From contig CANRBB010000001.1 of assembly GCA_947628745.1 (NCBI GenBank), positions 1 to 62,778 of the forward strand: 62,778 nucleotides of DNA, in the 5' to 3' direction. Positions 10,569-20,910 of the stretch are shown piece after piece; position 1 is the first letter of the stretch; every line of letters begins with the position of its first letter. A model generated the notes under the pieces. The model was not told where the DNA came from, ran no database searches, and saw only the letters and a program-made list of their open reading frames with translations. This DNA is from an uncultured Bacilli bacterium (GTDB lineage Bacteria > Bacillota_I > Bacilli_A > RF39 > UBA660). Position numbers and translations under genes: made by a program.

Positions 10569-10958
10569 TTACCAAATATAAGCAAGAACTTCTCCACCTA
10601 GGTTTTCTTTACGTGCCTCCTTATCGGTCATTATACCTTTTGATGTAGAGATGATAGCAATTCCTAAGCCATTTAAAACTCTAGGAAGTTCTTCACTCTT
10701 AGCATAAACACGTAGTCCTGGTTTGGAAATTCTCTTTAGTCCAGTGATAACTCTTTGTTTTTTATCTGCATATTTTAGTTTTACAGTTAGAGTTCTACCT
10801 TCAACTTTATAATCATTTATAAATCCTTCTGCTTTAAGTATTCTTGCAATCTCATTTTTTATTTTTGAAGCAGGGATTTCAACGTCTTCATAACACATTT
10901 GGTTAGCATTACGTATACGTGTTAACATATCTGCGATTGAATCTGTTACTACTGCCAT
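10569..10958 (-). CDS. rpsH: 30S ribosomal protein S8
   Basis: S8 sequence. Start at [12 protein letters not shown] (10958) after GGAGGA. Confidence 0.94.
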   Translation of the reverse strand: MAVVTDSIADMLTRIRNANQMCYEDVEIPASKIKNEIARILKAEGFINDYKVEGRTLTVKLKYADKKQRVITGLKRISKPGLRVYAKSEELPRVLNGLGIAIISTSKGIMTDKEARKENLGGEVLAYIW

Positions 10959-10976
10959 AAATATCCTCCTTCCCAA

Positions 10977-11162
10977 TTACCAGCTTGATTTTTTAACACC
11001 TGGTATTTGTCCTTTATAAGCTAGTTCTCTAAAACAAATACGACATATTCCAAATTTACTCATTACAGCGTGAGGTCTTCCACAACGTGAACAACGAGTA
11101 TATTCGCGAACTTTGTATTTTTGCTTTTTGTTAGCTTTTATGATCATACTTTTTTTTGCCAT
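10977..11162 (-). CDS. rpsN: 30S ribosomal protein S14, short zinc-binding (type Z) form
   Basis: 61 aa MAKKSMI... with CxxC...CxxC. Start at 11162 after GGAGGG. Confidence 0.93.
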   Translation of the reverse strand: MAKKSMIIKANKKQKYKVREYTRCSRCGRPHAVMSKFGICRICFRELAYKGQIPGVKKSSW

Positions 11163-11174
11163 TTTACCCTCCAA

Positions 11175-11714
11175 TTACTTTCTAAAAGGAATCCCTAGTT
11201 CATTTAATAAGTCAAAAGCTTCTTCATTAGTTTTAGCTGTTGTTACAAAAACTATATCCATACCACGAATTTTTACAACATCATCAAATTCTATTTCTGG
11301 AAAAATTAATTGTTCTTTAATTCCCATGGTGTAATTTCCTCTACCATCAAAGGCCTTTGGACTTACTCCACGGAAATCTCTAACTAATGGTAAAGCAATA
11401 GAAATAAGTTTATCCATGAATACATACATATTTTCTCCACGTAAAGTAACTTTGCATCCAATAGATTGTCCTTCTCTTACTTTGAATCCAGCTATTGATT
11501 TTCTAGCTTTAGTTACTACTGGTTGTTGTCCTGATATCTTTTTTAAATCAGCAACTGCTGCCTCTAATAATTTAGAGTTAGTAGTAGCATCACCAACACC
11601 CATATTAATAACTATTTTTTCTAGTTTTGGTACTTCCATAATTGACTTATAATTATGTTTTTCTTTTAAACTTGGAACAACTTCATTTAAGTATTTTTCT
11701 TTTAGGCGGTTCAT
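11175..11714 (-). CDS. rplE: 50S ribosomal protein L5
   Basis: L5 sequence. Confidence 0.95.
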   Translation of the reverse strand: MNRLKEKYLNEVVPSLKEKHNYKSIMEVPKLEKIVINMGVGDATTNSKLLEAAVADLKKISGQQPVVTKARKSIAGFKVREGQSIGCKVTLRGENMYVFMDKLISIALPLVRDFRGVSPKAFDGRGNYTMGIKEQLIFPEIEFDDVVKIRGMDIVFVTTAKTNEEAFDLLNELGIPFRK

Positions 11715-11734
11715 CTATTTTACCCTCCTTCCAA

Positions 11735-12043
11735 CTAATCAAGCTCAGAGTTTGATTGTTTTGTAATTCTAATTTTTTGATCTTTTTTATTTGTTGTATG
11801 TCCTATTCTAGTTCTTTTTTTAGTTTTTGGATCTACAATCATAACATTTGAGGCATGAATTGGAGCTTCTACTTCAATAATACCTCCCGCACTATTAGCT
11901 GTTTCACGAACATGTTTTTTTACCATATTTACGTTTTCGACAACTACTTTATTTTCGGTTTTTAATGTCTTAATTATTTTTCCTGTTTTACCTTTATTAG
12001 AACCAGCGATAACTACAACTTCATCTCCTACTTTAAAGTTCAT
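11735..12043 (-). CDS. rplX: 50S ribosomal protein L24
   Basis: L24 KOW-domain sequence. Confidence 0.95.
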   Translation of the reverse strand: MNFKVGDEVVVIAGSNKGKTGKIIKTLKTENKVVVENVNMVKKHVRETANSAGGIIEVEAPIHASNVMIVDPKTKKRTRIGHTTNKKDQKIRITKQSNSELD

Positions 12044-12056
12044 ATTTATCCTCCTC

Positions 12057-12425
12057 TTATAGTACTTCTTTAGCTAAAGATACGATTTTCATATAATCTT
12101 TATCACGAAGTTCTCTTGCTACTGGTCCAAAAACACGGGTTCCTAATGGACTCTTGTCATCACGAATGATAACACATGCATTGTCATCGAATTTGATGTA
12201 GCTTCCATCTTCTCGGCGTACACCTTGACGGCTACGAACGATAACAGCTTTTACAACTTTTCCTTTTGGTACACTTGAATTAGGAATTGCATCTTTTACA
12301 GTTCCAACTACAACGTCACCGATGTTAGCAGTCTTGACTTTACTTCCTCCAAGTACACGAATTACTAATAATTCACGAGCTCCAGAGTTGTCAGCTACTT
12401 TTAATCTACTTTCTTGTTGTAACAT
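12057..12425 (-). CDS. rplN: 50S ribosomal protein L14
   Basis: L14 sequence ([16 protein letters not shown]...). Confidence 0.96.
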   Translation of the reverse strand: MLQQESRLKVADNSGARELLVIRVLGGSKVKTANIGDVVVGTVKDAIPNSSVPKGKVVKAVIVRSRQGVRREDGSYIKFDDNACVIIRDDKSPLGTRVFGPVARELRDKDYMKIVSLAKEVL

Positions 12426-12446
12426 AATTTTCCTCCTTCACTAGCA

Positions 12447-12707
12447 CTATATAATTACTGCTTCTTTTACTATTTCTTTTAAATAGAAATGTTTAGTTTT
12501 TGAAATTGGTTTTGTTGATACAATACGTACAACGTCTCCAACTTTTGCCTTATTTGTTTCATCATGTACTGCATATTTTTTAGATTGCTTAACTCTTTTA
12601 TGATATAAAGGATGAGTTTTATAACTTTCAACTAAAACTGTTATAGTTTTATTATTAGTTGCACTTACAACTTTACCTACTAACTCTTTCTTAATAGTCT
12701 TTTCCAT
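12447..12707 (-). CDS. rpsQ: 30S ribosomal protein S17
   Basis: S17 sequence. Start at MEKTIKK (12707) after AAGGAGGG. Confidence 0.94.
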   Translation of the reverse strand: MEKTIKKELVGKVVSATNNKTITVLVESYKTHPLYHKRVKQSKKYAVHDETNKAKVGDVVRIVSTKPISKTKHFYLKEIVKEAVII

Positions 12708-12708
12708 T

Positions 12709-12912
12709 TTAACCCTCCTTCTCAACTGTTTCGCGTTCTTTTAAAACAGTTTTTAATCTTGCAACAGTGTGTCTTAATTCACGAATCCTAGAAGGTTTTT
12801 CAAGGTTACCTGTTGCTTGTTGGAAACGTAAATTAAATAATTCTTCTTTGGTTTCCTTCAATTTTTTATTGATATCTTCTGTGGATAATTCTCTTATTTC
12901 TTTAACCTTCAT
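12709..12912 (-). CDS. rpmC: 50S ribosomal protein L29
   Basis: L29 sequence. Start at [10 protein letters not shown] (12912) after GGTGGTGA. Confidence 0.93.
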   Translation of the reverse strand: MKVKEIRELSTEDINKKLKETKEELFNLRFQQATGNLEKPSRIRELRHTVARLKTVLKERETVEKEG

Positions 12913-13333
12913 TTGATTCACCACCTTGTTCTTTTTTTACAAATTTTGTAGTGATAGGTAATTTATGACTAGCAAGTCTTAATGCTTCACGAGCCACTTC
13001 TTCAGTTACACCAGAAATTTCAAACATGATTTTTCCTTCTTTAACTACTGCTACCCAACCTTCTACATTACCTTTACCTTTTCCTTGACGAGTACCGATT
13101 GGTTTTTTAGTCAAAGGCATGTGTGGGAAAATATTAATATATACTTTACCACCACGTTTCATATAACGCGTCATAGCAATACGTGCTGCTTCAATTTGGT
13201 TAGATGTAATCCAAGCTCCTTCCTTAGCTTGTAATCCATATTCACCAAAATGTAATTCTGTATTTCCACGTGATTTCCCTTCATGAGGTAATCTATGAAC
13301 ACGACGGTACTTAGTTCTTGATGGTATTAACAT
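12902..13333 (-). CDS. rplP: 50S ribosomal protein L16
   Basis: L16 sequence. Confidence 0.95.
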   Translation of the reverse strand: MLIPSRTKYRRVHRLPHEGKSRGNTELHFGEYGLQAKEGAWITSNQIEAARIAMTRYMKRGGKVYINIFPHMPLTKKPIGTRQGKGKGNVEGWVAVVKEGKIMFEISGVTEEVAREALRLASHKLPITTKFVKKEQGGESNEG

Positions 13334-13335
13334 AA

Positions 13336-14016
13336 TTACTTACCTCCCTCAGGTTTTTCTTTTTTTTGTTTTTCAGGTTTATTAGACTTATTTAGGATTT
13401 CACCTTTATAAATCCATACTTTAACACCAATTTTTCCAAATGTAGTGTCTGCTTCAGCAGTTGCGTAATCTACATCAGCTCTTAATGTATGTAGTGGAAT
13501 TGTTCCCTCTGTATATCCTTCTTTACGAGCCATATCAGCTCCACCTAATCTTCCAGATACTGAAGTTTTGATTCCCTTTGCTCCTGCTTTCATTGCATTT
13601 CTAATTGCTCTTTTTTGAGCCATACGAAATGAAATTCTATTAGAAATTTGTCTAGCTATATCATCTGCTACTAATTGAGCATTTAGTTCTGCTTTTTTAA
13701 TATCTACAATTGATATTTGAACTTTTTCGTTAACCAAATTAGACAATGTTTTCTTTAATTTTTCTATTTCTTCTCCACCTTTTCCAATCATAACACCAGG
13801 TTTTGAAGTATGAACTGTAACTTCACATTTTTTGCTTGTTCTTTCGATTTCAACTTTAGCAATGCCTGCATTTTTCATGTTTTTTTCAAAATATTCACGA
13901 ATTAGCACGTCATTTTGTAAGTTTTTAGCAAAATCTTTTTTGTTTGCATACCATTTTGCTTCCCAGTCCTTGTTAATGCCAAGTCTAAGTCCATTAGGAT
14001 TAACTTTTTGTCCCAT
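13336..14016 (-). CDS. rpsC: 30S ribosomal protein S3
   Basis: S3 sequence ([13 protein letters not shown]...). Confidence 0.96.
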   Translation of the reverse strand: MGQKVNPNGLRLGINKDWEAKWYANKKDFAKNLQNDVLIREYFEKNMKNAGIAKVEIERTSKKCEVTVHTSKPGVMIGKGGEEIEKLKKTLSNLVNEKVQISIVDIKKAELNAQLVADDIARQISNRISFRMAQKRAIRNAMKAGAKGIKTSVSGRLGGADMARKEGYTEGTIPLHTLRADVDYATAEADTTFGKIGVKVWIYKGEILNKSNKPEKQKKEKPEGGK

Positions 14017-14031
14017 GTTTTTCCCTCCTTG

Positions 14032-14364
14032 TTATTTTGTAGCCACTGTTATAATAATGTGACTAGTTCTTCTATCTTTATGTCCGATATGAGAACGTGA
14101 ATCAAACATATGACGTTTCATAACAGGACCAGCGTCAACTCTTGCTTCTTTAACATACAATGAAGTTTCATCTGCACCATTGTTGTTAACAGCATTAGCA
14201 ACAGCAGAGTCTAATACTTTTTTAATTAGTCTTGCTGATTTTTTATTAATATTTGCTAATATGGCTTGTGCTTCACTTACTTGTTTTCCACGAATTAAGT
14301 CAATTGTTAATCTTGTCTTAATTGGAGAAACACGAAGTGATTTAGCTATTGCTTTTGCTTCCAT
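14032..14364 (-). CDS. rplV: 50S ribosomal protein L22
   Basis: L22 sequence. Start at MEAKAIAK (14364) after GGAGGG. Confidence 0.94.
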   Translation of the reverse strand: MEAKAIAKSLRVSPIKTRLTIDLIRGKQVSEAQAILANINKKSARLIKKVLDSAVANAVNNNGADETSLYVKEARVDAGPVMKRHMFDSRSHIGHKDRRTSHIIITVATK

Positions 14365-14389
14365 ATTTTCCCTCCTAGTCATTTTTTAA

Positions 14390-14653
14390 TTATTTGTCTT
14401 GTCCATGTCCACCAAATTTACGTGTTAAAGCAAATTCGCCTAATTTATGTCCTACCATATCTTCGGTTACATAAACGGGAATAAATTCTTTACCATTGTG
14501 AACCGCAAATGTATGTCCTATAAAATCAGGATAAATTGTGGAACGGCGTGACCAAGTTTTAATGACTTCTTTTTTCCCAGATTCATTTAATTGTTTAACC
14601 TTTTTTAGTAATCTATCGAATACATAAGGTCCTTTTTTTAAACTTCTAGCCAT
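14390..14653 (-). CDS. rpsS: 30S ribosomal protein S19
   Basis: S19 sequence. Confidence 0.96.
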   Translation of the reverse strand: MARSLKKGPYVFDRLLKKVKQLNESGKKEVIKTWSRRSTIYPDFIGHTFAVHNGKEFIPVYVTEDMVGHKLGEFALTRKFGGHGQDK

Positions 14654-14669
14654 TTTTAATCATCCTTTC

Positions 14670-15500
14670 CTATTTACTATTACGACGACGTACGATTAAT
14701 TTATCTGATTGTTTTTTCTTACGTGTCTTATATCCAAGTGCTGGTTTACCCCAAGGTGTCATTGGTGCTTTACGTCCTACTGGAGCACGTCCTTCACCAC
14801 CACCATGTGGATGGTCATTAGGGTTCATGACAGAACCACGAACTGTTGGACGAATTCCCTTATAACGATTACGTCCTGCTTTTCCTATTTTTACAAGTGA
14901 TGCATCTTCGTTACCAACTTCGCCGACAGTAGCCACACATGTTCCTAATACTTTTCTTTGCTCTCCACTTGATAGACGAAGCATTACATATTTTCCTTCA
15001 CGACCTAGTATTTGAGCAGATGAACCAGCAGATCTAGCTAGCTCTCCTCCCTTACCTGGGCGAAGCTCAATGTTATGTACCATAGTTCCAACAGGAATAT
15101 TCATAAGTGGTAAAGCATTACCTACTATAATATCAGCATTTTCTCCAGCTTCAATCTTACTTCCAACAGTTAAACTCTTTGGAGCTAAAATATATCTTTT
15201 TTCACCATCTATATAATTTATTAAGGCGATGTTTGCTGTTCTATTTGGATCATATTCTATACTAGCTACAACGCCAGGCACATTTAATTTGTTTCTCTTA
15301 AAGTCAATGATACGATACTTTCTTTTAACTCTACCGCCTTGATGTCTAGTAGTGATTTTTCCTTGATTGTTACGACCACTATTTTTCTTTAGAGTAACAG
15401 TTAAACTTTTTTCAGGAGTACTTGTAGTTATTTCTTCATTTACTAAGGTACTCATTTTTCTTTGACCTGGTGTAGTAGGTTTATAATTTCTTATTGCCAT
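14670..15500 (-). CDS. rplB: 50S ribosomal protein L2
   Basis: L2 sequence (…HPHGGGEGR…). Confidence 0.97.
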   Translation of the reverse strand: MAIRNYKPTTPGQRKMSTLVNEEITTSTPEKSLTVTLKKNSGRNNQGKITTRHQGGRVKRKYRIIDFKRNKLNVPGVVASIEYDPNRTANIALINYIDGEKRYILAPKSLTVGSKIEAGENADIIVGNALPLMNIPVGTMVHNIELRPGKGGELARSAGSSAQILGREGKYVMLRLSSGEQRKVLGTCVATVGEVGNEDASLVKIGKAGRNRYKGIRPTVRGSVMNPNDHPHGGGEGRAPVGRKAPMTPWGKPALGYKTRKKKQSDKLIVRRRNSK

Positions 15501-15515
15501 AATTTAATCTCCTTT

Positions 15516-15797
15516 CTAACCAAGTTCTATGGTTTGACCTTCAGCTAATGTTACAATAGCTTTTTTAGAACGGTTTGTTAAACCTGTATAACGGCCAACT
15601 CTTTTCTTTTTAGGTTTTTCGTTAATAGTTGAAATTTTAACAACTTTAACATTAAATAGTTTTTCAATTGCTTGTTTGATTTCAGTCTTATTTGCTTTTG
15701 GATCTACTCTAAAAGTATATTGTCCATTATTTGAAGCATTTTGTGACTTTTCAGTTATAACTGGTGCTTTGATTATTTCTAAATATTTAGTATCCAT
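15516..15797 (-). CDS. rplW: 50S ribosomal protein L23
   Basis: L23 sequence. Confidence 0.95.
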   Translation of the reverse strand: MDTKYLEIIKAPVITEKSQNASNNGQYTFRVDPKANKTEIKQAIEKLFNVKVVKISTINEKPKKKRVGRYTGLTNRSKKAIVTLAEGQTIELG

Positions 15798-16423
15798 TAT
15801 GCTAGCACCTCCTCAATAGCTTTAATAGCTTCTTCTGTTGCTAAAACAACGTTAGTTGCTACTAAATCCAAAACATTAATCTCATCTGCTGTTATTAAAG
15901 CAACATTAGAGAGATTTCTTGAAGATAATATTATATTTTCATCTAATTCCTTAACTACGATTAATACTTTTTTATCTTGAATATTTAGTGTTGTTAAAAC
16001 ATTAAGCATTTCCTTAGTTTTTGGTGTAGGTAAAGTTATATTATCAACAACAATCAACTCTTTATCGTTTGCTTTTTCAGTTAATGCACTTTTGATTGCT
16101 AATTGTCTTTCTTTACGGTTTTGTTTTTTAGAATAATCTCTTGGTACTGGAGTTCCGTAGTTTCCACCACCTACCCATTGTACAGCTCTAATTGAACCTT
16201 GACGGGCATGACCTGTTCCTTTTTGTCTCCATGGTTTTCTTCCGCCACCACTGACTTCAGAACGATTTTTAGTTTTATGTGTTCCTTGTCTTAATGATGC
16301 TCTGGCTAAAATAATGGCATCATATAAAACTTTATCATTTGGGGTAATATCAAATACATTTTCATTTAGTTTAAAGTCTTTTACTTTTTCACCTTTAAGA
16401 TTTAAAAGTTCTACCTTTTTCAT
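15797..16423 (-). CDS. rplD: 50S ribosomal protein L4
   Basis: L4 sequence. Confidence 0.95.
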   Translation of the reverse strand: MKKVELLNLKGEKVKDFKLNENVFDITPNDKVLYDAIILARASLRQGTHKTKNRSEVSGGGRKPWRQKGTGHARQGSIRAVQWVGGGNYGTPVPRDYSKKQNRKERQLAIKSALTEKANDKELIVVDNITLPTPKTKEMLNVLTTLNIQDKKVLIVVKELDENIILSSRNLSNVALITADEINVLDLVATNVVLATEEAIKAIEEVLA

Positions 16424-16480
16424 TATTGTTTCCTCCTTTCATCACTTTTGTTTTACAAATTACATCATAAATAGTGATGA

Positions 16481-17200
16481 TTATTCTGCATTTTCAGTTG
16501 TAGATTCAGTTTCTTCTACTGCTGGTTCAACTTTTTTGTCTTCATAACTAATCAAGTCAGCAGAGTTTTTCTTTGTAGGATTTTTAACTGCAGTTTTGAT
16601 TATTACTAAAGATTTTTTAGCACCTGGAACATTACCTTTAACTAAAATACAATTGTTCTCCATGTCAACTTGAATAATTTCTAGATTTTGTACTGTTCTA
16701 GTAACATTACCCATTTGCCCTGGAAGTTTTTTACCCTTTAATACGTGCATAGGTCTCATAGTACCTAATGAACCAACACCTCTATGGTATTGTGAACCGT
16801 GTCCCATTGGACCACGTGATTGGTTGTAACGTTTAATTACACCTTGGAACCCTTTTCCTTTACTAGTTCCTGTTACATCAACGATTTCTCCTGCTTCGAA
16901 GATATCTGCGGCTATTACTTGTCCTAATGTGTAATCGTTAACGTTTACTCCTCTTATTTCTCTTAAGAAGCGCTTAGGTTCAGTATTAGCTTTATTTGTA
17001 TGACCCATCTTTGGCTTATTGCTAACTTTTTCGCGAACAGTTTCTGTTCCTAATTGAATAGCATCATAGCCATCTTTTTCTACTGTTTTTATTTGAGTAA
17101 CAACATTTGGTTCTACTTCAATAACAGTTACCGGAATTAATTTACCATCTTTTGTAAATACTTGAGTCATGCCGGTTTTTTTACCTAAGATTCCTTTCAT
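16481..17200 (-). CDS. rplC: 50S ribosomal protein L3
   Basis: L3 sequence with an acidic C-terminal extension. Confidence 0.95.
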   Translation of the reverse strand: MKGILGKKTGMTQVFTKDGKLIPVTVIEVEPNVVTQIKTVEKDGYDAIQLGTETVREKVSNKPKMGHTNKANTEPKRFLREIRGVNVNDYTLGQVIAADIFEAGEIVDVTGTSKGKGFQGVIKRYNQSRGPMGHGSQYHRGVGSLGTMRPMHVLKGKKLPGQMGNVTRTVQNLEIIQVDMENNCILVKGNVPGAKKSLVIIKTAVKNPTKKNSADLISYEDKKVEPAVEETESTTENAE

Positions 17201-17219
17201 TATTATTTCCTCCTATAAG

Positions 17220-17531
17220 TTACATTGTTTTGATTTCAATTTCTACACCACTTGGTAAATCTAAATGAGCTAACGCATCAATAGTTTCTTTACTTGGGTT
17301 TTTGATATCAATCAATCTTTTGTGTGTACGCATTTCAAATTGTTCACGAGAATCTTTATCCTTGTGAACAGCTCTTAAGATTGTGAACTTTTCAATTTCA
17401 GTTGGAAGTGGAACTGGTCCAGAAATTTCCCCACCTGATCTTTTAATAGTTTCAACAATTCTAGTTACTGCATTATCAAGTATTTTGTGATCATAAGCTT
17501 TCATTTTAATACGTAATTTACTTGTTGACAT
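17220..17531 (-). CDS. rpsJ: 30S ribosomal protein S10
   Basis: S10 sequence; first gene of the cluster. Confidence 0.96.
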   Translation of the reverse strand: MSTSKLRIKMKAYDHKILDNAVTRIVETIKRSGGEISGPVPLPTEIEKFTILRAVHKDKDSREQFEMRTHKRLIDIKNPSKETIDALAHLDLPSGVEIEIKTM

Positions 17532-17655
17532 TAAAAATCCTCCCTTCGCCTATATCTTAGTATAGACTTGCTCCGTGCAAATAACCCAATACAACAGTAA
17601 CAACTTCTCCTGGCGTATCAGCAACCTTGCACATCTAAGCAGTCACACAACTGTA

Positions 17656-17684
17656 ATTTTAACACTTCTAAACTGTTTTTGCAA
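17656..17684 (-). promoter_or_regulatory. Sigma-A-type promoter of the S10 operon (TTGCAA-17 nt-TAAAAT), followed by a leader of about 120 nt
   Basis: Hexamers and 17-nt spacer read on the minus strand. The leader (17532-17650) is comparatively GC-rich, with complementary GTGCAA/TTGCAC segments. Confidence 0.5.
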
Positions 17685-17705
17685 CATTTTTTTAGTTTTT
17701 TCATT

Positions 17706-17750
17706 GCTTTTTTCGTGATTTACTTAAAATTTAACGCTTTTTTCGTGATT
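17706..17750. repeat. 15-mer GCTTTTTTCGTGATT repeated with a 30-bp period
   Basis: Exact copies at 17706-17720 and 17736-17750, between the dinB stop and the S10 promoter -35. Confidence 0.8.
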
Positions 17751-17768
17751 AAACTTTGAGAAGCATAA

Positions 17769-18986
17769 TTAAAGTCTCTTTTTGTGGTGTGAAGAATTAC
17801 CTATTTTCTTGATTGAAGCTGGCATGACGCTTGTTGTACCATATTTTTTATTAATATTATCGATAATTTCTTGCATATCATCAAGGTGATTAGTTTGAGG
17901 ATTGGTAAATAATGAGACTTGCTCCTCTCTAACATCAGTAAAATCAGAAAGGCGTACTCCTATATTCCTAATAGCTTCATCTTTCCAACTGTCTTCTAAA
18001 ATTTTTATAATAACCTTATATATATTTATTGTCCTATTTTCAGGAGTTTGTAATTTAGTCTGCTTTTGATAAGTTTCAAAATAGCTGTTTTTATATGTAA
18101 TAGCGACTGTCTTGGCATATTGTTTTTGTTCACGTAATGTTCTGGTGACTTCTTCAGTTTGTCTAAAAAGAATTTCTTTCAGTTTTTCAATATCTGCACA
18201 ATCGTATGGTAGTGTCTCTGAGACACTAATACTTTCGGACTTGCTTGATCTCATGGTTACTTTAGAGTAATCTATTCCGTTGGCGAATTCAACTAAGAGG
18301 CGTGCCTGAGACTTAAAGTATTTTTCTAGTTTTTTATAGTTAGTATTAGCTAAATCACGAATAGTTATAATGCCCAACTTTTGTAATTTGAGGCTGGTAC
18401 TTTTTCCAACCATGAATAAATCACCGACTGGTAAAGGCCACATCTTGGTTTCTATTTCTGATTGATATAATGTGTGGACTTTATCTGGTTTTTCAAAGTC
18501 GGAAGCCATTTTGGCACATAGTTTGTTGTTACCAATACCTACATTAACAGTAAAACCAAATTTATTTTTGATATCATTTTTGATTTGGTAGGCAAGTTTA
18601 AGGTAATCTTTATATAGGTATGATGTTCCCGTTAAATCAAGAAAGCACTCATCTATGGAATATCTTTCAATTTTAGGGGTGTACTGAGTGAGATAATTAT
18701 ACATTATATTAGATTCATTATAATACCAAGCGTAGTCTGGTGGATATGTTTTTAGTTGAGGGTATTTCCTTCTAGCACTATACAAAGTCTCAGCAGTTGT
18801 GATGCCATACTTTTTGGCAATAGGGCTTTTGGCTAAGACAATACCATGTCGCTCTTGTTCATTGCCTCCAATCACAGAGGCTATTTTTCTGATGTCCTGG
18901 TGGGATCCTTCCTGAAGCATTTTAACCGCAGTCCATGATAAGAATGCATTATTTACGTCAATATGAAATATAATTCTTTGTCTCAC
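17769..18986 (-). CDS. dinB: DNA polymerase IV (Y-family translesion polymerase)
   Basis: IFHIDVNNAFLS and YSIDECFLDLTG motifs; 405 aa; GTG start. Confidence 0.9.
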   Translation of the reverse strand: MRQRIIFHIDVNNAFLSWTAVKMLQEGSHQDIRKIASVIGGNEQERHGIVLAKSPIAKKYGITTAETLYSARRKYPQLKTYPPDYAWYYNESNIMYNYLTQYTPKIERYSIDECFLDLTGTSYLYKDYLKLAYQIKNDIKNKFGFTVNVGIGNNKLCAKMASDFEKPDKVHTLYQSEIETKMWPLPVGDLFMVGKSTSLKLQKLGIITIRDLANTNYKKLEKYFKSQARLLVEFANGIDYSKVTMRSSKSESISVSETLPYDCADIEKLKEILFRQTEEVTRTLREQKQYAKTVAITYKNSYFETYQKQTKLQTPENRTINIYKVIIKILEDSWKDEAIRNIGVRLSDFTDVREEQVSLFTNPQTNHLDDMQEIIDNINKKYGTTSVMPASIKKIGNSSHHKKRL

Positions 18987-19033
18987 GGAAAATTACACAT
19001 CCTCTCTTTTTAAAATGCCATGTTCTCTTTTTC

Positions 19034-19057
19034 ATATGCCATATAATATGCCATATA
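19034..19057. repeat. Perfect tandem duplication, 12 bp x2 (ATATGCCATATA)
   Basis: Verified base by base; 48-71 bp upstream of the dinB start. Confidence 0.9.
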
Positions 19058-19216
19058 ATCTTAAGAACTATTTTTCATAACCTTTAAGTTCATTTTTTTA
19101 AGTAGCTTATAATAAAAGTAGGGAACTTTTCTTTATAATACTCTACTTATAGACAATAAACAATATATAAAAATATGGGAATTGTGCTATTTTATAGGTA
19201 GTTTTATAGCAAACTC

Positions 19217-19320
19217 AAAACTAGTAATAATTATCGATAAAATATAGCAGGTCAAATGACTAAGTATTAACATTTTTTACTTCTATATCAATCATTTTTT
19301 ACTTCTATATCAATGATTCT
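19217..19320 (+). repeat. Conserved bipartite intergenic element, copy A
   Basis: Box 1 aaaactagtaataattatcgataaaatatag (19217-19247). Box 2 cattttttacttctatatcaat (duplicated) followed by gattct (19271-19320). Confidence 0.6.
19271..19314. repeat. Perfect tandem duplication, 22 bp x2 (CATTTTTTACTTCTATATCAAT)
   Basis: Verified base by base; it duplicates box 2 of element copy A. Confidence 0.95.
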
Positions 19321-19339
19321 ACAAAAATTTATAAAGACG

Positions 19340-19389
19340 GAGGCAAAAATAAAATATCATTTACTATAATTTTTGGGTTAAATGATATT
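19340..19389 (-). terminator. Rho-independent terminator of gpmI
   Basis: Perfect 11-bp inverted repeat AATATCATTTA/TAAATGATATT (19353-19363 and 19379-19389), followed on the minus strand by TTTTATTTTT. Confidence 0.5.
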
Positions 19390-19401
19390 CTATTATTTTT
19401 G

Positions 19402-20901
19402 TTATTCTTCTATTAAATTATTTCCAGTCATCTCGGGTGGTACTGGCAAGTTTAAAAGTGAGAGCATCGTAGGAGCAATATCAGCTAATTTGCCGTTATT
19501 TAGCCTAATACCTTCTTTAGTTACAATTAGGGGAACAGGGCTTGTGGTATGAGACGTGATGATGTTGTTTTCCTCATCTAACATGATATCGCAATTGCCA
19601 TGATCAGCTGTAACAAGCATAATGGCGCCTTGATGTTTAGCTTCCTCATATATTCTTCCTAAATTATAATCTACTGTTTCAATGGCCTTAACAACAGCGT
19701 CAAAGTCGCCAGTATGTCCTACCATATCGCAGTTTGCAAAATTTAAAATGATAACATCAAAATTAGACATTTCTTTTAGAAGGACATCTGTAAGTTCAGA
19801 TGCACTCATTTCGGGTTTTAAATCATAAGTTGCTACCTTGGGTGATGGTATCAAAATCTTTTTCTCACCATTTAAATTTTTTTCAAGCCCACCGTCAAAA
19901 AAATACGTTACATGGGCATACTTTTCCGTTTCAGCGATTCTTAATTGTGATAAGTTAAGACTACTAATATAGTCTCCAAAAGTATTTTTTAAATTTTCAG
20001 TTTTGAAAGCTTGTTTCGATATAAGTGTATCTGAGACGTACATCATAGTAACAAGTTTGATATTTTTTAATTTTTTCGATTGAAATTCATTAAAAGATGG
20101 GTTACTAAGGGCTGTAAATAATTCACGAAGGCGGTCAGGTCTAAAATTATAAACTAGCAGGCCATCTCCATCTTTTAGAGTGCCAGTTGTGTCAAGAATA
20201 GATGGTTTTACAAATTCATCAGTGATATTTTCTTGAGCTGTTTTTGATACTAATTCTTGGTATGATGAGTATTTTTCTCCTTTCCCATATACAATAGCAT
20301 CGTAAGCTAATTTAATACGTTCCCATCTATTATCGCGATCCATGGCATAGTATCTGCCTGAGATGGTGGCGATTGAGCCAATATTGGTTTGTTTGATTTT
20401 ATTATCTAACATAGATAAGTATTTATCTTTCAAATCTGGTAAAGTATCTCGTCCATCTAAGAATACATGATAGTAAACTTTTCTGAGATTTTCCTTTTGA
20501 CACATATCTATTAGGGCAAAGAGATGATTAATATGAGAATGAACACCTCCGTCGCTTAACAGACCAAAGATATGTAAAGCTGAATTATTTTTTTTGACGT
20601 GATTTATTACAGATAAAAGCTCTTCGTTTTGAAAAAAATCGCCATTTTGGATACTGTTATTTATTCTTTCTAAAGGTTGATAAACAATTCTGCCTGCACC
20701 TATATTTAGGTGTCCTACTTCACTATTTCCCATTTGGCCCTCAGGTAAGCCAACAGCTTTACCACTAGCTTCCAAGAGACTGTGAGGGTATTTATTCCAA
20801 AGTTTTTTTATGTTTGGAATATTGGAATGCATAATTGCGTTACCGTGTTCTTCCTCGCGATAGCCAAAGCCATCTAATATTGTTAAAATTATTTTTGTCA
20901 T
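19402..20901 (-). CDS. gpmI: 2,3-bisphosphoglycerate-independent phosphoglycerate mutase
   Basis: iPGM sequence (MGNSEVGHLNIGAGR, ...ADHGN...); 499 aa. Confidence 0.95.
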   Translation of the reverse strand: MTKIILTILDGFGYREEEHGNAIMHSNIPNIKKLWNKYPHSLLEASGKAVGLPEGQMGNSEVGHLNIGAGRIVYQPLERINNSIQNGDFFQNEELLSVINHVKKNNSALHIFGLLSDGGVHSHINHLFALIDMCQKENLRKVYYHVFLDGRDTLPDLKDKYLSMLDNKIKQTNIGSIATISGRYYAMDRDNRWERIKLAYDAIVYGKGEKYSSYQELVSKTAQENITDEFVKPSILDTTGTLKDGDGLLVYNFRPDRLRELFTALSNPSFNEFQSKKLKNIKLVTMMYVSDTLISKQAFKTENLKNTFGDYISSLNLSQLRIAETEKYAHVTYFFDGGLEKNLNGEKKILIPSPKVATYDLKPEMSASELTDVLLKEMSNFDVIILNFANCDMVGHTGDFDAVVKAIETVDYNLGRIYEEAKHQGAIMLVTADHGNCDIMLDEENNIITSHTTSPVPLIVTKEGIRLNNGKLADIAPTMLSLLNLPVPPEMTGNNLIEE

Positions 20902-20910
20902 GTTAGCCTC

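Noticed and set aside
18987-19120. LexA/SOS boxes (CGAAC-N4-GTTCG) upstream of dinB, uvrA (39942-40173) and uvrB.
   Set aside because: Only isolated GAAC/GTTC half-sites were found (e.g. AGAACATGGCAT). No palindromic box is present on either strand.
19271-19314. The possibility that the short repeats represent a CRISPR array.
   Set aside because: Each has only two directly abutting copies with no spacers. Every locus has a different unit, and no cas genes are present.
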